Made by a program: the position numbers and the translations under genes. Positions 48,325 to 57,284 of a DNA stretch of 64,000 nucleotides are shown here, in pieces. The notes under the pieces are model-generated. The model ran no database searches, was not told the origin of the DNA, and worked only from the letters and a program-made list of their open reading frames with translations. The first letter of the stretch is position 1. The number at the start of each line of letters is the position of its first letter. This DNA comes from a virus, in IMG/VR virus record IMGVR_UViG_3300005077_000565, positions 32,001-96,000 of that record; one strand, written 5' to 3'.

Positions 48325-49111
48325 TACATCAAATAAACTATACGACAATATAATAATAGAAAATAAAAATTTACTAAAACTTAACGTTGACGGCCTGGCT
48401 TTTGTCATTGGTAAAGACTGGCGCCGCATCGGTGTTAATTTATCTGGAAGTGCCGACAGTGCTATAGTAACAGCAATCTTGTGCAAATTGATACAGGAGA
48501 ATAATTTACAAATAAAAATATCAGCAATAAGTTTTATTCGTCGCTGGGATACACGACCCTGGCAGGCCTATATTGCCGAGCAGGTGTTTCAGGAATTAAA
48601 AAGAATGTACCCGGAAATTATTGAAGATCAACACTGGCACTACTTGCCACCAGAACTTGAAAGTGGTGCAATTGGTGAAATAATCACTGGTCGTGGATAT
48701 GACGCAATTGCTGTTGCTAGTTTTAACAGGTATATATCAAAACAATTAGACATGGATGCGGTCGTAAATGCCACCAGCATGGCGCCGACGGGCATAGAAA
48801 TAAATAAATCCAGTGAAAATTTCCGCAATAAAACAGCAACACAGGGAACCAGTGATGATTTAATTTACTGTCTAGACGGAATCTGGTACATGTATCCCCT
48901 AAGGTTTGTGACTAAAAACTGGGTAATTCAGCGATATTTCAATGCCGGTTTGCGTGTGTTATTCAATAAGACACGTAGCTGCAAAGCAGACGTAAATGAT
49001 TCAATTATTAATCCCTTTGTACCATCATATGATGATTACAAACCCGGTCAATTCGTCCCAGTCTGTGGTAAGTGTTGGTGGTGTCTAGCAGTGAACTCGG
49101 GGCAGCAGTAA
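48317..49111 (+). CDS. QueC-like PP-loop ATPase
   Basis: LSGSADS (variant of SGGxDS), TRSC and CGKCWWC Zn motif. Confidence 0.55.
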   Translation: MFDTSNKLYDNIIIENKNLLKLNVDGLAFVIGKDWRRIGVNLSGSADSAIVTAILCKLIQENNLQIKISAISFIRRWDTRPWQAYIAEQVFQELKRMYPEIIEDQHWHYLPPELESGAIGEIITGRGYDAIAVASFNRYISKQLDMDAVVNATSMAPTGIEINKSSENFRNKTATQGTSDDLIYCLDGIWYMYPLRFVTKNWVIQRYFNAGLRVLFNKTRSCKADVNDSIINPFVPSYDDYKPGQFVPVCGKCWWCLAVNSGQQ

Positions 49112-51177
49112 TGTCAGAAACCTTTTGTCCAATACCCTGGAACTTTCAGGCAATTAAATCCAATGGGGACCTGCGTGTATGCTGTCAGGCTAATGTCACT
49201 AAAAATCAGGGAGTACTGCGCAAGGATGATGGCACAGCATTCAATGCTGGTGTTGATTCACTGGGTGATTCTAGAAACAACGACATGCTACGTGCGATGC
49301 GTCTTAACATGCTTAACGGAGTCTGGAGTGAAGAATGTGGTCGCTGCAAGTCCGAGGAACAGGCCGGGTTAGTGAGTCGCCGAACATATGAAAACCAGCA
49401 GTGGCAGATGAGCATTGATGAAGTCCGTGCTAAAACCGCCAATGATGGTTCTATCGCCGATGGAGATTTTCCAGTTGTTTACTACGATCTTAGGTTTGGT
49501 AATTTTTGTAATCTTAAGTGTAGAATGTGTGGGCCCACCGACAGTAACTCCTGGTATGAAGACTGGATACAGTTAACTGGTGATAGTAAGTTTAAAGATT
49601 CTGGCAAGATTATTGAAATTAAAGATGCGACCACCAGTAGTTATAACTGGTATGAATATGAACCATTCTGGCAGCAGCTAGAGAACAACATGCATAATAT
49701 TCAGCATGTCTATCTGGCCGGTGGTGAACCACTTCTGATTGATCGGCACTACGATTTTCTAGAAAAATGTGTGACTTCGGGAAATGCTGATCATATTGTT
49801 CTAGAATACAACACTAACATGAGTACGATACCCACACGTGTAACAAATTTGTGGACTAATTTTAAACAGGTTAGAATCGGTGCCAGCATCGACGGAATAG
49901 GCTCAGTCTTCGAATACCAGCGTCACCCGGCTAAATGGGATAAAACTCTGGCAAACTTATACAAGGTTGATGCACTACCTGACAATGTCACTGGTTGGCT
50001 AGCATTCACTGTGACCGCGTATAACGTCAACCACATGATAGATTTCATGAAATGGAAACTCAGTGAAAGTGGCTTCACTAAGCTAAACAGCACTCGACGA
50101 AAACCCATCATTACGCATCATGTTGCACACCACCCACATCACTTGAATATACGAGTGCTTCCGGATGAATATAAAAAACAGATAACCAATAAATTTTCTG
50201 ATTTTATAAACTGGGTTAAACTGCAGGGCTATCCTGATCATGTAGTTAAACACGCCACTGAAATCAGCAACGGTGTGACTAATTACATGAACAGTCAGAG
50301 CTATTATGAATCTGATTGGCCGGAATTTTTAAAATATACTCGTGCACTGGACCGCATCCGTCAGGAAGACATCAGATACGTGGAACCCATGTTGGCACAG
50401 TATTTTGAAAATACCACAGACTCAGTCGCCCAAGAAAAACCTGCCCCGGTGATCGGTGCCACTGCGTCCTTTGATACAGTGGACCTGTTAACTGGAAATG
50501 TATTCCAGGTGACCTGGGATCTAGGACGCAGATGTAACTACGACTGTAGTTATTGCCCAACGCATCGTCATGATAACTTTAGTCCACATGCCACGCTGTA
50601 TGAACTTAAGAAAAATGCAGATTTTACACTTCGTTATATAGATATTTACATGCGCTATAGAAGTTATAAGCATGCTAGTATAAACTTTACCGGAGGCGAG
50701 CCCACGGTTAATCCTAATTTCATCGAGTTTATTGAATATTTGAAATCAAAATATCAGGAAAAATTTTCTGATAGATGGCGTTGTGTTTTCACTGTTACCA
50801 GCAACGGTGCAATGAGTAAAAAGATTGCCAAAGCTGTAATGAAACACTGTGATCATATTACAATAAGCTATCATACCGAGGCCGCCGACCTTATTAAACA
50901 GCAGGTTCGAGATCGCATGGTTCAGTTTTCTAAGGAAGGTCCCAAACATGGCTGTACACTTTCAATTAACGTCATGTTCCACGCCAAATATTTTGACGAA
51001 TGTCAGGAACTATGTAGGTTTTTGGATTCTAAAAATATCAAATATGTACCGCGTGTCATTGGCGAAGACCCTAGCAGTAAACCATCGTTCGCACATCAGT
51101 ATAACGATCAACAACTGGCCTGGTTCAAAGAATACTGGGATAAAAATACGCAGGAGTTGACTAATAATGCAAAATAA
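49111..51177 (+). CDS. Double radical SAM fusion protein
   Basis: Two cores: CNLKCRMC/AGGEP and CNYDCSYC/TGGEP; likely start ATG 49111. Confidence 0.85.
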   Translation: MSETFCPIPWNFQAIKSNGDLRVCCQANVTKNQGVLRKDDGTAFNAGVDSLGDSRNNDMLRAMRLNMLNGVWSEECGRCKSEEQAGLVSRRTYENQQWQMSIDEVRAKTANDGSIADGDFPVVYYDLRFGNFCNLKCRMCGPTDSNSWYEDWIQLTGDSKFKDSGKIIEIKDATTSSYNWYEYEPFWQQLENNMHNIQHVYLAGGEPLLIDRHYDFLEKCVTSGNADHIVLEYNTNMSTIPTRVTNLWTNFKQVRIGASIDGIGSVFEYQRHPAKWDKTLANLYKVDALPDNVTGWLAFTVTAYNVNHMIDFMKWKLSESGFTKLNSTRRKPIITHHVAHHPHHLNIRVLPDEYKKQITNKFSDFINWVKLQGYPDHVVKHATEISNGVTNYMNSQSYYESDWPEFLKYTRALDRIRQEDIRYVEPMLAQYFENTTDSVAQEKPAPVIGATASFDTVDLLTGNVFQVTWDLGRRCNYDCSYCPTHRHDNFSPHATLYELKKNADFTLRYIDIYMRYRSYKHASINFTGGEPTVNPNFIEFIEYLKSKYQEKFSDRWRCVFTVTSNGAMSKKIAKAVMKHCDHITISYHTEAADLIKQQVRDRMVQFSKEGPKHGCTLSINVMFHAKYFDECQELCRFLDSKNIKYVPRVIGEDPSSKPSFAHQYNDQQLAWFKEYWDKNTQELTNNAK

Positions 51178-51622
51178 AATCATACCAATTGTTGAAGACA
51201 GCGACGAACTTGGGCTTAAGTTTGGTCGCCCCTGCTGTGGTGGTCGAACCATGTGTCTGCACAGTGAAGGTGAAACTAAAAAATCTAAATTTGTGGATTT
51301 CCGTGAATTCGAAGGCTGGTACTGTAGTGTGAACTGGTTCTTCATGCATATAGAGCAGCAGACTAATCGAGTGTTCCATCATCAAACCTGCAAAGCACAG
51401 TTTGGGGGTGGTATTGGCCCGATTGGAGGCCTTGACGATGCTGAACAGATTTTACAGGACCTCGAGCGCACTCTGCAACAACAGCAGATGCCCACTATAA
51501 TATGTCCTAAAAAAACCTGCGGTTGTGGACTGTGTGCGCCCAAGAGTATTGATCAGGACAAATTTAATGCAGTACTGTCAAGTCATATTGACATGTCAGT
51601 GTTTAATTTATCTAACCGTTGA
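51167..51622 (+). CDS. Cys-rich SPASM-like Fe-S protein
   Basis: PCCGGRTMC, WYCSVNW, HQTC, CPKKTCGCGLCAPK; GGAG RBS. Confidence 0.6.
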   Translation: MQNKIIPIVEDSDELGLKFGRPCCGGRTMCLHSEGETKKSKFVDFREFEGWYCSVNWFFMHIEQQTNRVFHHQTCKAQFGGGIGPIGGLDDAEQILQDLERTLQQQQMPTIICPKKTCGCGLCAPKSIDQDKFNAVLSSHIDMSVFNLSNR

Positions 51623-51648
51623 CGTTTCAACACTACATATGCTATAAT
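51619..51648 (+). promoter_or_regulatory. Sigma70-like promoter for tctC
   Basis: TTGACG-18 nt-TATAAT with an extended -10 TG. Confidence 0.65.
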
Positions 51649-51651
51649 AAC

Positions 51652-51680
51652 ATATCTTTTAATTAAAAGATATCTTTTAA
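51652..51680. repeat. Two overlapping perfect palindromes (ATATCTTTTAA direct/inverted/direct)
   Basis: ATATCTTTTAATTAAAAGATAT (51652-51673) and TTAAAAGATATCTTTTAA (51663-51680). Confidence 0.85.
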
Positions 51681-51690
51681 GGACATTGTT

Positions 51691-52653
51691 ATGAAAAATT
51701 TTATACAAATTATTTTCGCCGCCGCCCTGTCATTGACATCTGCGGTATCTTTCGCCTGGCAGCCCAGTGGACCTGTTCATGTAGTAATTCCTGCTCCTGC
51801 AGGTTCACTACATGACAAAGCATTTAAAACAATTCAATCAGAGTTTGAACGTCAAACTGGCGTCAGCGTGATTGTTGAATATAAGCCCGGCGCCGCCGGA
51901 GCAGTTGGCACCAATGCATTTATGAAAATGCCAGCCGACGGTCATCACATGTTGGTATCTGGTAGCCTAAGTCACGCACTGGGAGAAATCGCCGCACCCA
52001 AAGTAACATCCTGGAATTTCCGCAGCGATTTTGAATATGCATCAACATTTGCATTTTCAACAATTACACTAGTGTCAGCCAAGGATTCTAAAGTAAATTC
52101 GCTGGACCGGCTACTTTCTAGAATTTCTGCAGGGGATACACTAAAATATGGTATTACCTTCCCTAATCAAGAAGCCCTGATTCGTATAATCTATGAAAAG
52201 TCCGGCGCAGATATTAATCGTGCAGTTTTTGTAAAATACAATGATCCCGCTCAGGCTTTGGTGGATGTTGTCAACAATTCATTAGATGTATTTGTTGGAG
52301 CAGTGCCAGCATCAGTACCACTATATAGATCTGGCAAGGTAGAATTTATTGCAGTGAGCGCCACCGCGCCCATTGAATTTTTACCTAATACGCCAACATT
52401 GGCATCAAAATTTAAAGGACTGACACAAGATACCAATCTAATTGTTTCGTTACGCCAGGGATCACCTGCAGGTGCCGCAGAATGGTGGAACCGTGCTATT
52501 TCGGCCGCGGCACTGTCTGAATCGGCTAAAACGTTGCGTGCCGGATCTTTTCTGTATCTAGACAAAAATACAATGTCAATGCAACAGACTGCTAAAGTTG
52601 TGAGTGATGCACACCGTGAGTGGGCCGGCGTATACCGACAAATTTATAAATGA
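51691..52653 (+). CDS. tctC: Tripartite tricarboxylate transporter substrate-binding protein (Bug/TctC)
   Basis: Signal peptide ending VSFA; WQPSGPV.VVIP.PAG..D; VIVEYKPGAAG.VG; PADGH; PNTPTL. Confidence 0.8.
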   Translation: MKNFIQIIFAAALSLTSAVSFAWQPSGPVHVVIPAPAGSLHDKAFKTIQSEFERQTGVSVIVEYKPGAAGAVGTNAFMKMPADGHHMLVSGSLSHALGEIAAPKVTSWNFRSDFEYASTFAFSTITLVSAKDSKVNSLDRLLSRISAGDTLKYGITFPNQEALIRIIYEKSGADINRAVFVKYNDPAQALVDVVNNSLDVFVGAVPASVPLYRSGKVEFIAVSATAPIEFLPNTPTLASKFKGLTQDTNLIVSLRQGSPAGAAEWWNRAISAAALSESAKTLRAGSFLYLDKNTMSMQQTAKVVSDAHREWAGVYRQIYK

Positions 52654-52673
52654 TACTTAATTTTATTAGTCAA

Positions 52674-52700
52674 AATAAAAGGGGCGTAGCCCCTTTTATT
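52674..52700. terminator. Bidirectional rho-independent terminator
   Basis: AATAAAAGGGGC-GTA-GCCCCTTTTATT between convergent genes. Confidence 0.85.
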
Positions 52701-53652
52701 ATGCTTCTTCGATGGACCTTAATAATCCAGGGCTAAAAAAGTCATAGTATTTCTGTCTTACTGGCAAACAAGCTTCAACCATACGTTGTTTTTCTTCGGC
52801 CGACATGAATACTGTTGGTATACCAACAGCAGCGGCCTCGGCCTGCACACGTGAATTATCAGCAATACTTTCTAGTCGTTCAACCTTGGCAACTTTAATA
52901 GCGATTTCTCGAATTGTTGCCTGATCTTCAGCCGACATTGAATTAAACACTGGTGCATGCATGATCATTGAAGTTAAAAATAAACTATGTTCCGTGTGAT
53001 TAATAAATTTAGCTGATGTGTTATACCCACCAGAAAAGAATCTGGCGTAGGTAGTTGATCCCATGTCAACCTCTCCGGCATCTAGTTTTTCCTTAAACAA
53101 ATCAATACTTTCAGGATATGGGGTAGCACCCAACGCAGTGAATGTATCTACACTGATTGGTGATTTACTACAAAACATAGTAGCTCCAGTAAAATCCTCT
53201 AAACGCTCAATTCTACGGTCTCCAGCAATTACACGGAACCCACCACTATAGGTAAAGGCCAGCGCCATCAAATCTGAGTCAGCCTGGTGCAACCCGTCTA
53301 GAATTATTCTTCCAATTGCCCCATCAAGAACACGTGTTGCATGGTCATCATCTCTGAATAAAAATGGAACTCCTACGCAGAAAAAATCTTTACTGATAGT
53401 GCCTAAATTTTCAACGTATGTTGTGGCGATATCAATACTGCCGGATTTAACCAGTTTGATGACTTTATGGCGATCTACCGATTTGTATGAAATATCTACA
53501 CCGCGATCTTCGGCCCACTGTGCTAGGCTTACAACATTAACGCTGTACCTGCCGGCAGTTCGTTCAGCCACCTCATCGGCAAATTGTCTGGTGGCATTTA
53601 AAAATAAATCATAGGGCTCGTGTGCAATCACCCAGGTTAATACTTGACTCAT
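52699..53652 (-). CDS. dctP: TRAP transporter solute-binding protein DctP-like, no signal peptide
   Basis: FA.EV.ERT.GR, PFLFRD.DH..RVLDG.IG, GFR, EDF.G, F.ALGA.P, T.H motifs. Confidence 0.75.
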   Translation of the reverse strand: MSQVLTWVIAHEPYDLFLNATRQFADEVAERTAGRYSVNVVSLAQWAEDRGVDISYKSVDRHKVIKLVKSGSIDIATTYVENLGTISKDFFCVGVPFLFRDDDHATRVLDGAIGRIILDGLHQADSDLMALAFTYSGGFRVIAGDRRIERLEDFTGATMFCSKSPISVDTFTALGATPYPESIDLFKEKLDAGEVDMGSTTYARFFSGGYNTSAKFINHTEHSLFLTSMIMHAPVFNSMSAEDQATIREIAIKVAKVERLESIADNSRVQAEAAAVGIPTVFMSAEEKQRMVEACLPVRQKYYDFFSPGLLRSIEEA

Positions 53653-55127
53653 GATGTCTCCTGTTGTTTATCAATTAACTTATTTAGCATAAGTTTTATG
53701 TATGAATACGCTATCACTAGTATTATAGCAGATAGCATCAAAATTGTAATCCAGTTGTGATAGAAAATTGACCAATCTCCGCCGGATATCGTTAGACTAC
53801 GCTTTAACATAGTCTCCAATTTGGGTCCCAGTATAAATCCGATAATAAATGAAACGATTTCCAGTCGTAAACTGGCAAATAGGTATCCGATGACCGAAAG
53901 TATAGCCAGTATAAGAACATCAAATGCGTTATTGCGTACACTATATACTGATATTAGAGATATACTAAATATTAATGGCAACAGGATAGTTCTGGGGATC
54001 AATAGTAAAGAAGTCCAGACACGTATTAGTGGCACGTTTAATACCAATAACAACACATTACCAATTAACATGCTGGCCGCAATCCCCCAGAAAACAGTAG
54101 AATTCTCACTGATAAGAGCTGGGCCCGGAATGATACCCATCATCATTAGTGCACCTAGCATTATTGCCATCACGGCGTTTTCTGGCAGTCCCATGCTTAA
54201 CAACGGAATATATCCGGCATGCGCACTAGCATTGTTGGCGGCTTCCGGTGCGCTCACACCAGCCACTGACCCGGTACCTAAGTCATTGGAATATTTAGAT
54301 TCCACCGAGTATGCGGCGTAGGAACTTATTGTTATACCACCGCCGGGCAGCAGACCTAAAATAGAACCCACCGCAGTACCACGTAACGCCGGCGGTATTA
54401 TTTTTAATAAATTTTGTCTGATATTATCAAATTTAAATTTTTCTTTTATAACCACTGCGACTTTGTCGTTTGAAAAATTGTAGGAGATTTCGCTGACGGC
54501 AAAAAACGCCACTGTCAGTGCAATAAAATTCACACCGTCATATAGATCTGGAATATCTAAACTAAATCTCGAAACTCCAGAAGTTATATCAACACCAATC
54601 ATACCCACTAGACTGCCCAGAAGAGAAAGCATAAATCCTGAAACTATTGTTCCACTGGAGGTCACCGCTGATATAACGATGAACGCCAGCAAAATCATCA
54701 ACGTGTACTCGGGGGGCCCAAATGCAAATGCTACATCAGCAATCGCCGGTGCAAACAAAATCAGTAATATTGTTGCCACGATACCGCCGATGAAACTAGA
54801 AACGCCAGCTGAAAAAATAGCCAGACCAGCCTGCCCGGTCTGTGCTAGACGATGCCCATCTTTGACTGTCATGATGCTAGAAGATTCCCCGGGAATATTA
54901 AATAATATTGCGGTAGTTGATCCACCGTACTGTGATCCATAGTATATACCTGACAAGAATGCAATTCCACTGATGGGTCCTAGTGTTATTGCCACTGGCA
55001 ATAATAAACTGACGGCAGTGGCCGGGCCTAGGCCTGGTAACAATCCCACTGCAGTACCCAGCAGACATCCGATTGCAGTGTAAAGCAGGTGCTGAAAGGT
55101 AAAATCAGTTATTAAATATTCAATCAT
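53649..55127 (-). CDS. tctA: Tripartite tricarboxylate transporter large membrane subunit
   Basis: GLLPGLG..YYGSQYGG..AILFNIPGE and APEAANNA..IPLL..GLP TctA signatures. Confidence 0.92.
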   Translation of the reverse strand: MIEYLITDFTFQHLLYTAIGCLLGTAVGLLPGLGPATAVSLLLPVAITLGPISGIAFLSGIYYGSQYGGSTTAILFNIPGESSSIMTVKDGHRLAQTGQAGLAIFSAGVSSFIGGIVATILLILFAPAIADVAFAFGPPEYTLMILLAFIVISAVTSSGTIVSGFMLSLLGSLVGMIGVDITSGVSRFSLDIPDLYDGVNFIALTVAFFAVSEISYNFSNDKVAVVIKEKFKFDNIRQNLLKIIPPALRGTAVGSILGLLPGGGITISSYAAYSVESKYSNDLGTGSVAGVSAPEAANNASAHAGYIPLLSMGLPENAVMAIMLGALMMMGIIPGPALISENSTVFWGIAASMLIGNVLLLVLNVPLIRVWTSLLLIPRTILLPLIFSISLISVYSVRNNAFDVLILAILSVIGYLFASLRLEIVSFIIGFILGPKLETMLKRSLTISGGDWSIFYHNWITILMLSAIILVIAYSYIKLMLNKLIDKQQETS

Positions 55128-55522
55128 ACTATAACTTGGCGCAACAAAAAGTAATCAATAACAGCAGTTAAGAGCAACGCAGCCGCCAGAGTAATAGTCA
55201 TATTTTTTATGTCTATTCCACGGTTAAACACCACTGATGATAAAATAGCAACAACAGCAACACTGGCGAATATATTTGCCTGCAACGCCTGATAGCCCAG
55301 GAAAAAAATCACAAACACACCGACGGTAGTATATACATTGATTCTCACAGTCTCACTATGCCGTAAAGACGCTGCAAGATTATATACACCATAGACCAGA
55401 CAGCCCAGTGCAACGTAAAGTGGCACTGGGTATTTTTCCTGGTAGTCTCCTAGGTAAATTTGGACTAAAAAATATGCTGAAATTAATACGTAGATTATAC
55501 CGATTAATAATTTTCTATTCAT
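55124..55522 (-). CDS. tctB: Small membrane protein, TctB-like
   Basis: 4-5 hydrophobic segments; ATGA overlap with tctA; assignment by position only. Confidence 0.5.
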   Translation of the reverse strand: MNRKLLIGIIYVLISAYFLVQIYLGDYQEKYPVPLYVALGCLVYGVYNLAASLRHSETVRINVYTTVGVFVIFFLGYQALQANIFASVAVVAILSSVVFNRGIDIKNMTITLAAALLLTAVIDYFLLRQVIV

Positions 55523-55525
55523 AAA

Positions 55526-56023
55526 TTACTCTCGACCCGATAACAATGTATACAACAGTGGATTTTTGCTTCGGTCAGTTGATTTGAAATCCAGAATCTG
55601 GTCCAGTGAATTGCCAATGGAGAATTTCTTATTTTGTTCTGAAAACGCACGAATTATTGTTCCGATTTTAACCGGAGTCAATTCCAGACCAACCTTGGGT
55701 GTCATGCCGCCACATGTGATATCAGGTATGATTAAATCGTCCATGATGAAAACATTCTTAGTTTTCGGCAGATTTTTTATAATATGTGCGGCTCCGAAAA
55801 TAATCACTGACAGGTTTTCATCTGTGGCAAGACGTTGTTCAAGACTGAATCTCAGTGAAGAATTTTTCGGGTATACTTGGTCGCAGGAATACACAACTAC
55901 GTCCACACAATAGTCGTAGACGTTTTCCATGAATGCCGCTGCGGCAACATGGTTTGGCAGTATTACTACCGTGCTATATCTGATATAATCAATATTTGTT
56001 GATTGCTGGTATCGAGAGTCCAT
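55526..56023 (-). CDS. Hypothetical protein
   Basis: Fills the operon gap on the - strand; no motif recognised. Confidence 0.5.
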   Translation of the reverse strand: MDSRYQQSTNIDYIRYSTVVILPNHVAAAAFMENVYDYCVDVVVYSCDQVYPKNSSLRFSLEQRLATDENLSVIIFGAAHIIKNLPKTKNVFIMDDLIIPDITCGGMTPKVGLELTPVKIGTIIRAFSEQNKKFSIGNSLDQILDFKSTDRSKNPLLYTLLSGRE

Positions 56024-57284
56024 TTTTTGGAAATTTCCAGGGTATAGGTGATATGATGTCTGAAAGTGCGTCCCTGAACACTTGCTTGTTAAGTTTATAT
56101 TTTGCAGGTATATTGGTTAAGTATTCAACCACAGCCCAGTCAGCGAAGGGGTGCACCCAGTTGACTGCGGTGTCCTGTGTATATGAATATAACCGAAAAC
56201 ACGACTGATCCACTGATTGGATATGCAAAAGACGATTGAAGTAATCAGCAGTTTCCGGGAATCGTTCAAAAGTAGTGCGATAGTAATCCACCGCTTGATC
56301 TGCAATCACCCGCTCGTGGTCCGATCCCAGTAATCCGGCGTCTGTTGTTGCGGCCTTGTGATGAGTCATCACATGCAGTGCCAGGTATTTGCACACACCC
56401 AATAGGTCATCTGGGCGCTGTGCTGCATATACCAACGGTGTCTGTGAGTATACACTAGGCCCAACTTCACCGGTGAATATCGTGTGATCGCTGAAATTGT
56501 AATTATTCACTACGTATTTTTTAGAGCCAAACGGATTTTCACGCCAATAAGAAAAAAAACGATCGTTTTCCTGATCTGACAAAATTTCACCACTGTATTC
56601 GGTCACCGCATACAGTGTATTGGTTCCATAATACTGGTCCAACTGTCGAACAATGTCCACGTCTGAATAAATCTGGCGAGGACTAGTTATCGTAACAGTA
56701 GATATATCACCGATATCTGCCGCCAGCATACAGCCTAATAGACTAGAACTGTCCTTGCCACCACTTAAAAATATTAAGTTTTTATCACCGGCCAGTTTAG
56801 ACACAGCCGACATCAAGAGCGATCGAAAATGATCGGGATCAAACTCATAGGCACTGGCCTGCATTATCTGGCAATAGTGTGTGATTTGTCCGTTTTTAAC
56901 ATAGGTTCCGGGTTCTACACGTAGCACACCTTGAACAGTGGTTCGATTTGATATGTTGTAGCCGCCGAACTGTCGAATAAAATTGACAATTTCTGCATCG
57001 GCCTCGATGTTATCTAAACTGTTGCGAACACGTACAAAAACATCACCTACTGCTTGGTCAGTGTAAAACAGTGATTGTGTTGCATAGTGATCCACGGCAA
57101 AAATTGTTGTCTTGGGGGATACAAATACCAGAGAAAAATTGCCACGTATCTGATGTGGAAATATACCAAGATCCAGATACTTGACTAGTGCACCGGTGTC
57201 CAGTGTTATTTCTCCGGACAGATATAAGTCACCAGTCCGTGTTTTATAATGCTGAAATTGTGTGGATTCTAATAACAGTTTCAT
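55989..57284 (-). CDS. Asparagine-synthetase-like PP-loop ligase
   Basis: GNFSLV..VDHYATQSLFY (Ntn-like remnant), LSGGKDSS, FTGE, HPF.D..V.YL..IP..K..K. Confidence 0.7.
   Translation of the reverse strand: MKLLLESTQFQHYKTRTGDLYLSGEITLDTGALVKYLDLGIFPHQIRGNFSLVFVSPKTTIFAVDHYATQSLFYTDQAVGDVFVRVRNSLDNIEADAEIVNFIRQFGGYNISNRTTVQGVLRVEPGTYVKNGQITHYCQIMQASAYEFDPDHFRSLLMSAVSKLAGDKNLIFLSGGKDSSSLLGCMLAADIGDISTVTITSPRQIYSDVDIVRQLDQYYGTNTLYAVTEYSGEILSDQENDRFFSYWRENPFGSKKYVVNNYNFSDHTIFTGEVGPSVYSQTPLVYAAQRPDDLLGVCKYLALHVMTHHKAATTDAGLLGSDHERVIADQAVDYYRTTFERFPETADYFNRLLHIQSVDQSCFRLYSYTQDTAVNWVHPFADWAVVEYLTNIPAKYKLNKQVFRDALSDIISPIPWKFPKNGLSIPAINKY

Noticed and set aside
48317-51177. 7-deazaguanine DNA modification pathway (QueC plus QueE)
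   Set aside because: No FolE, QueD or DpdA in the window, and the radical SAM proteins are larger, with auxiliary Cys domains unlike QueE
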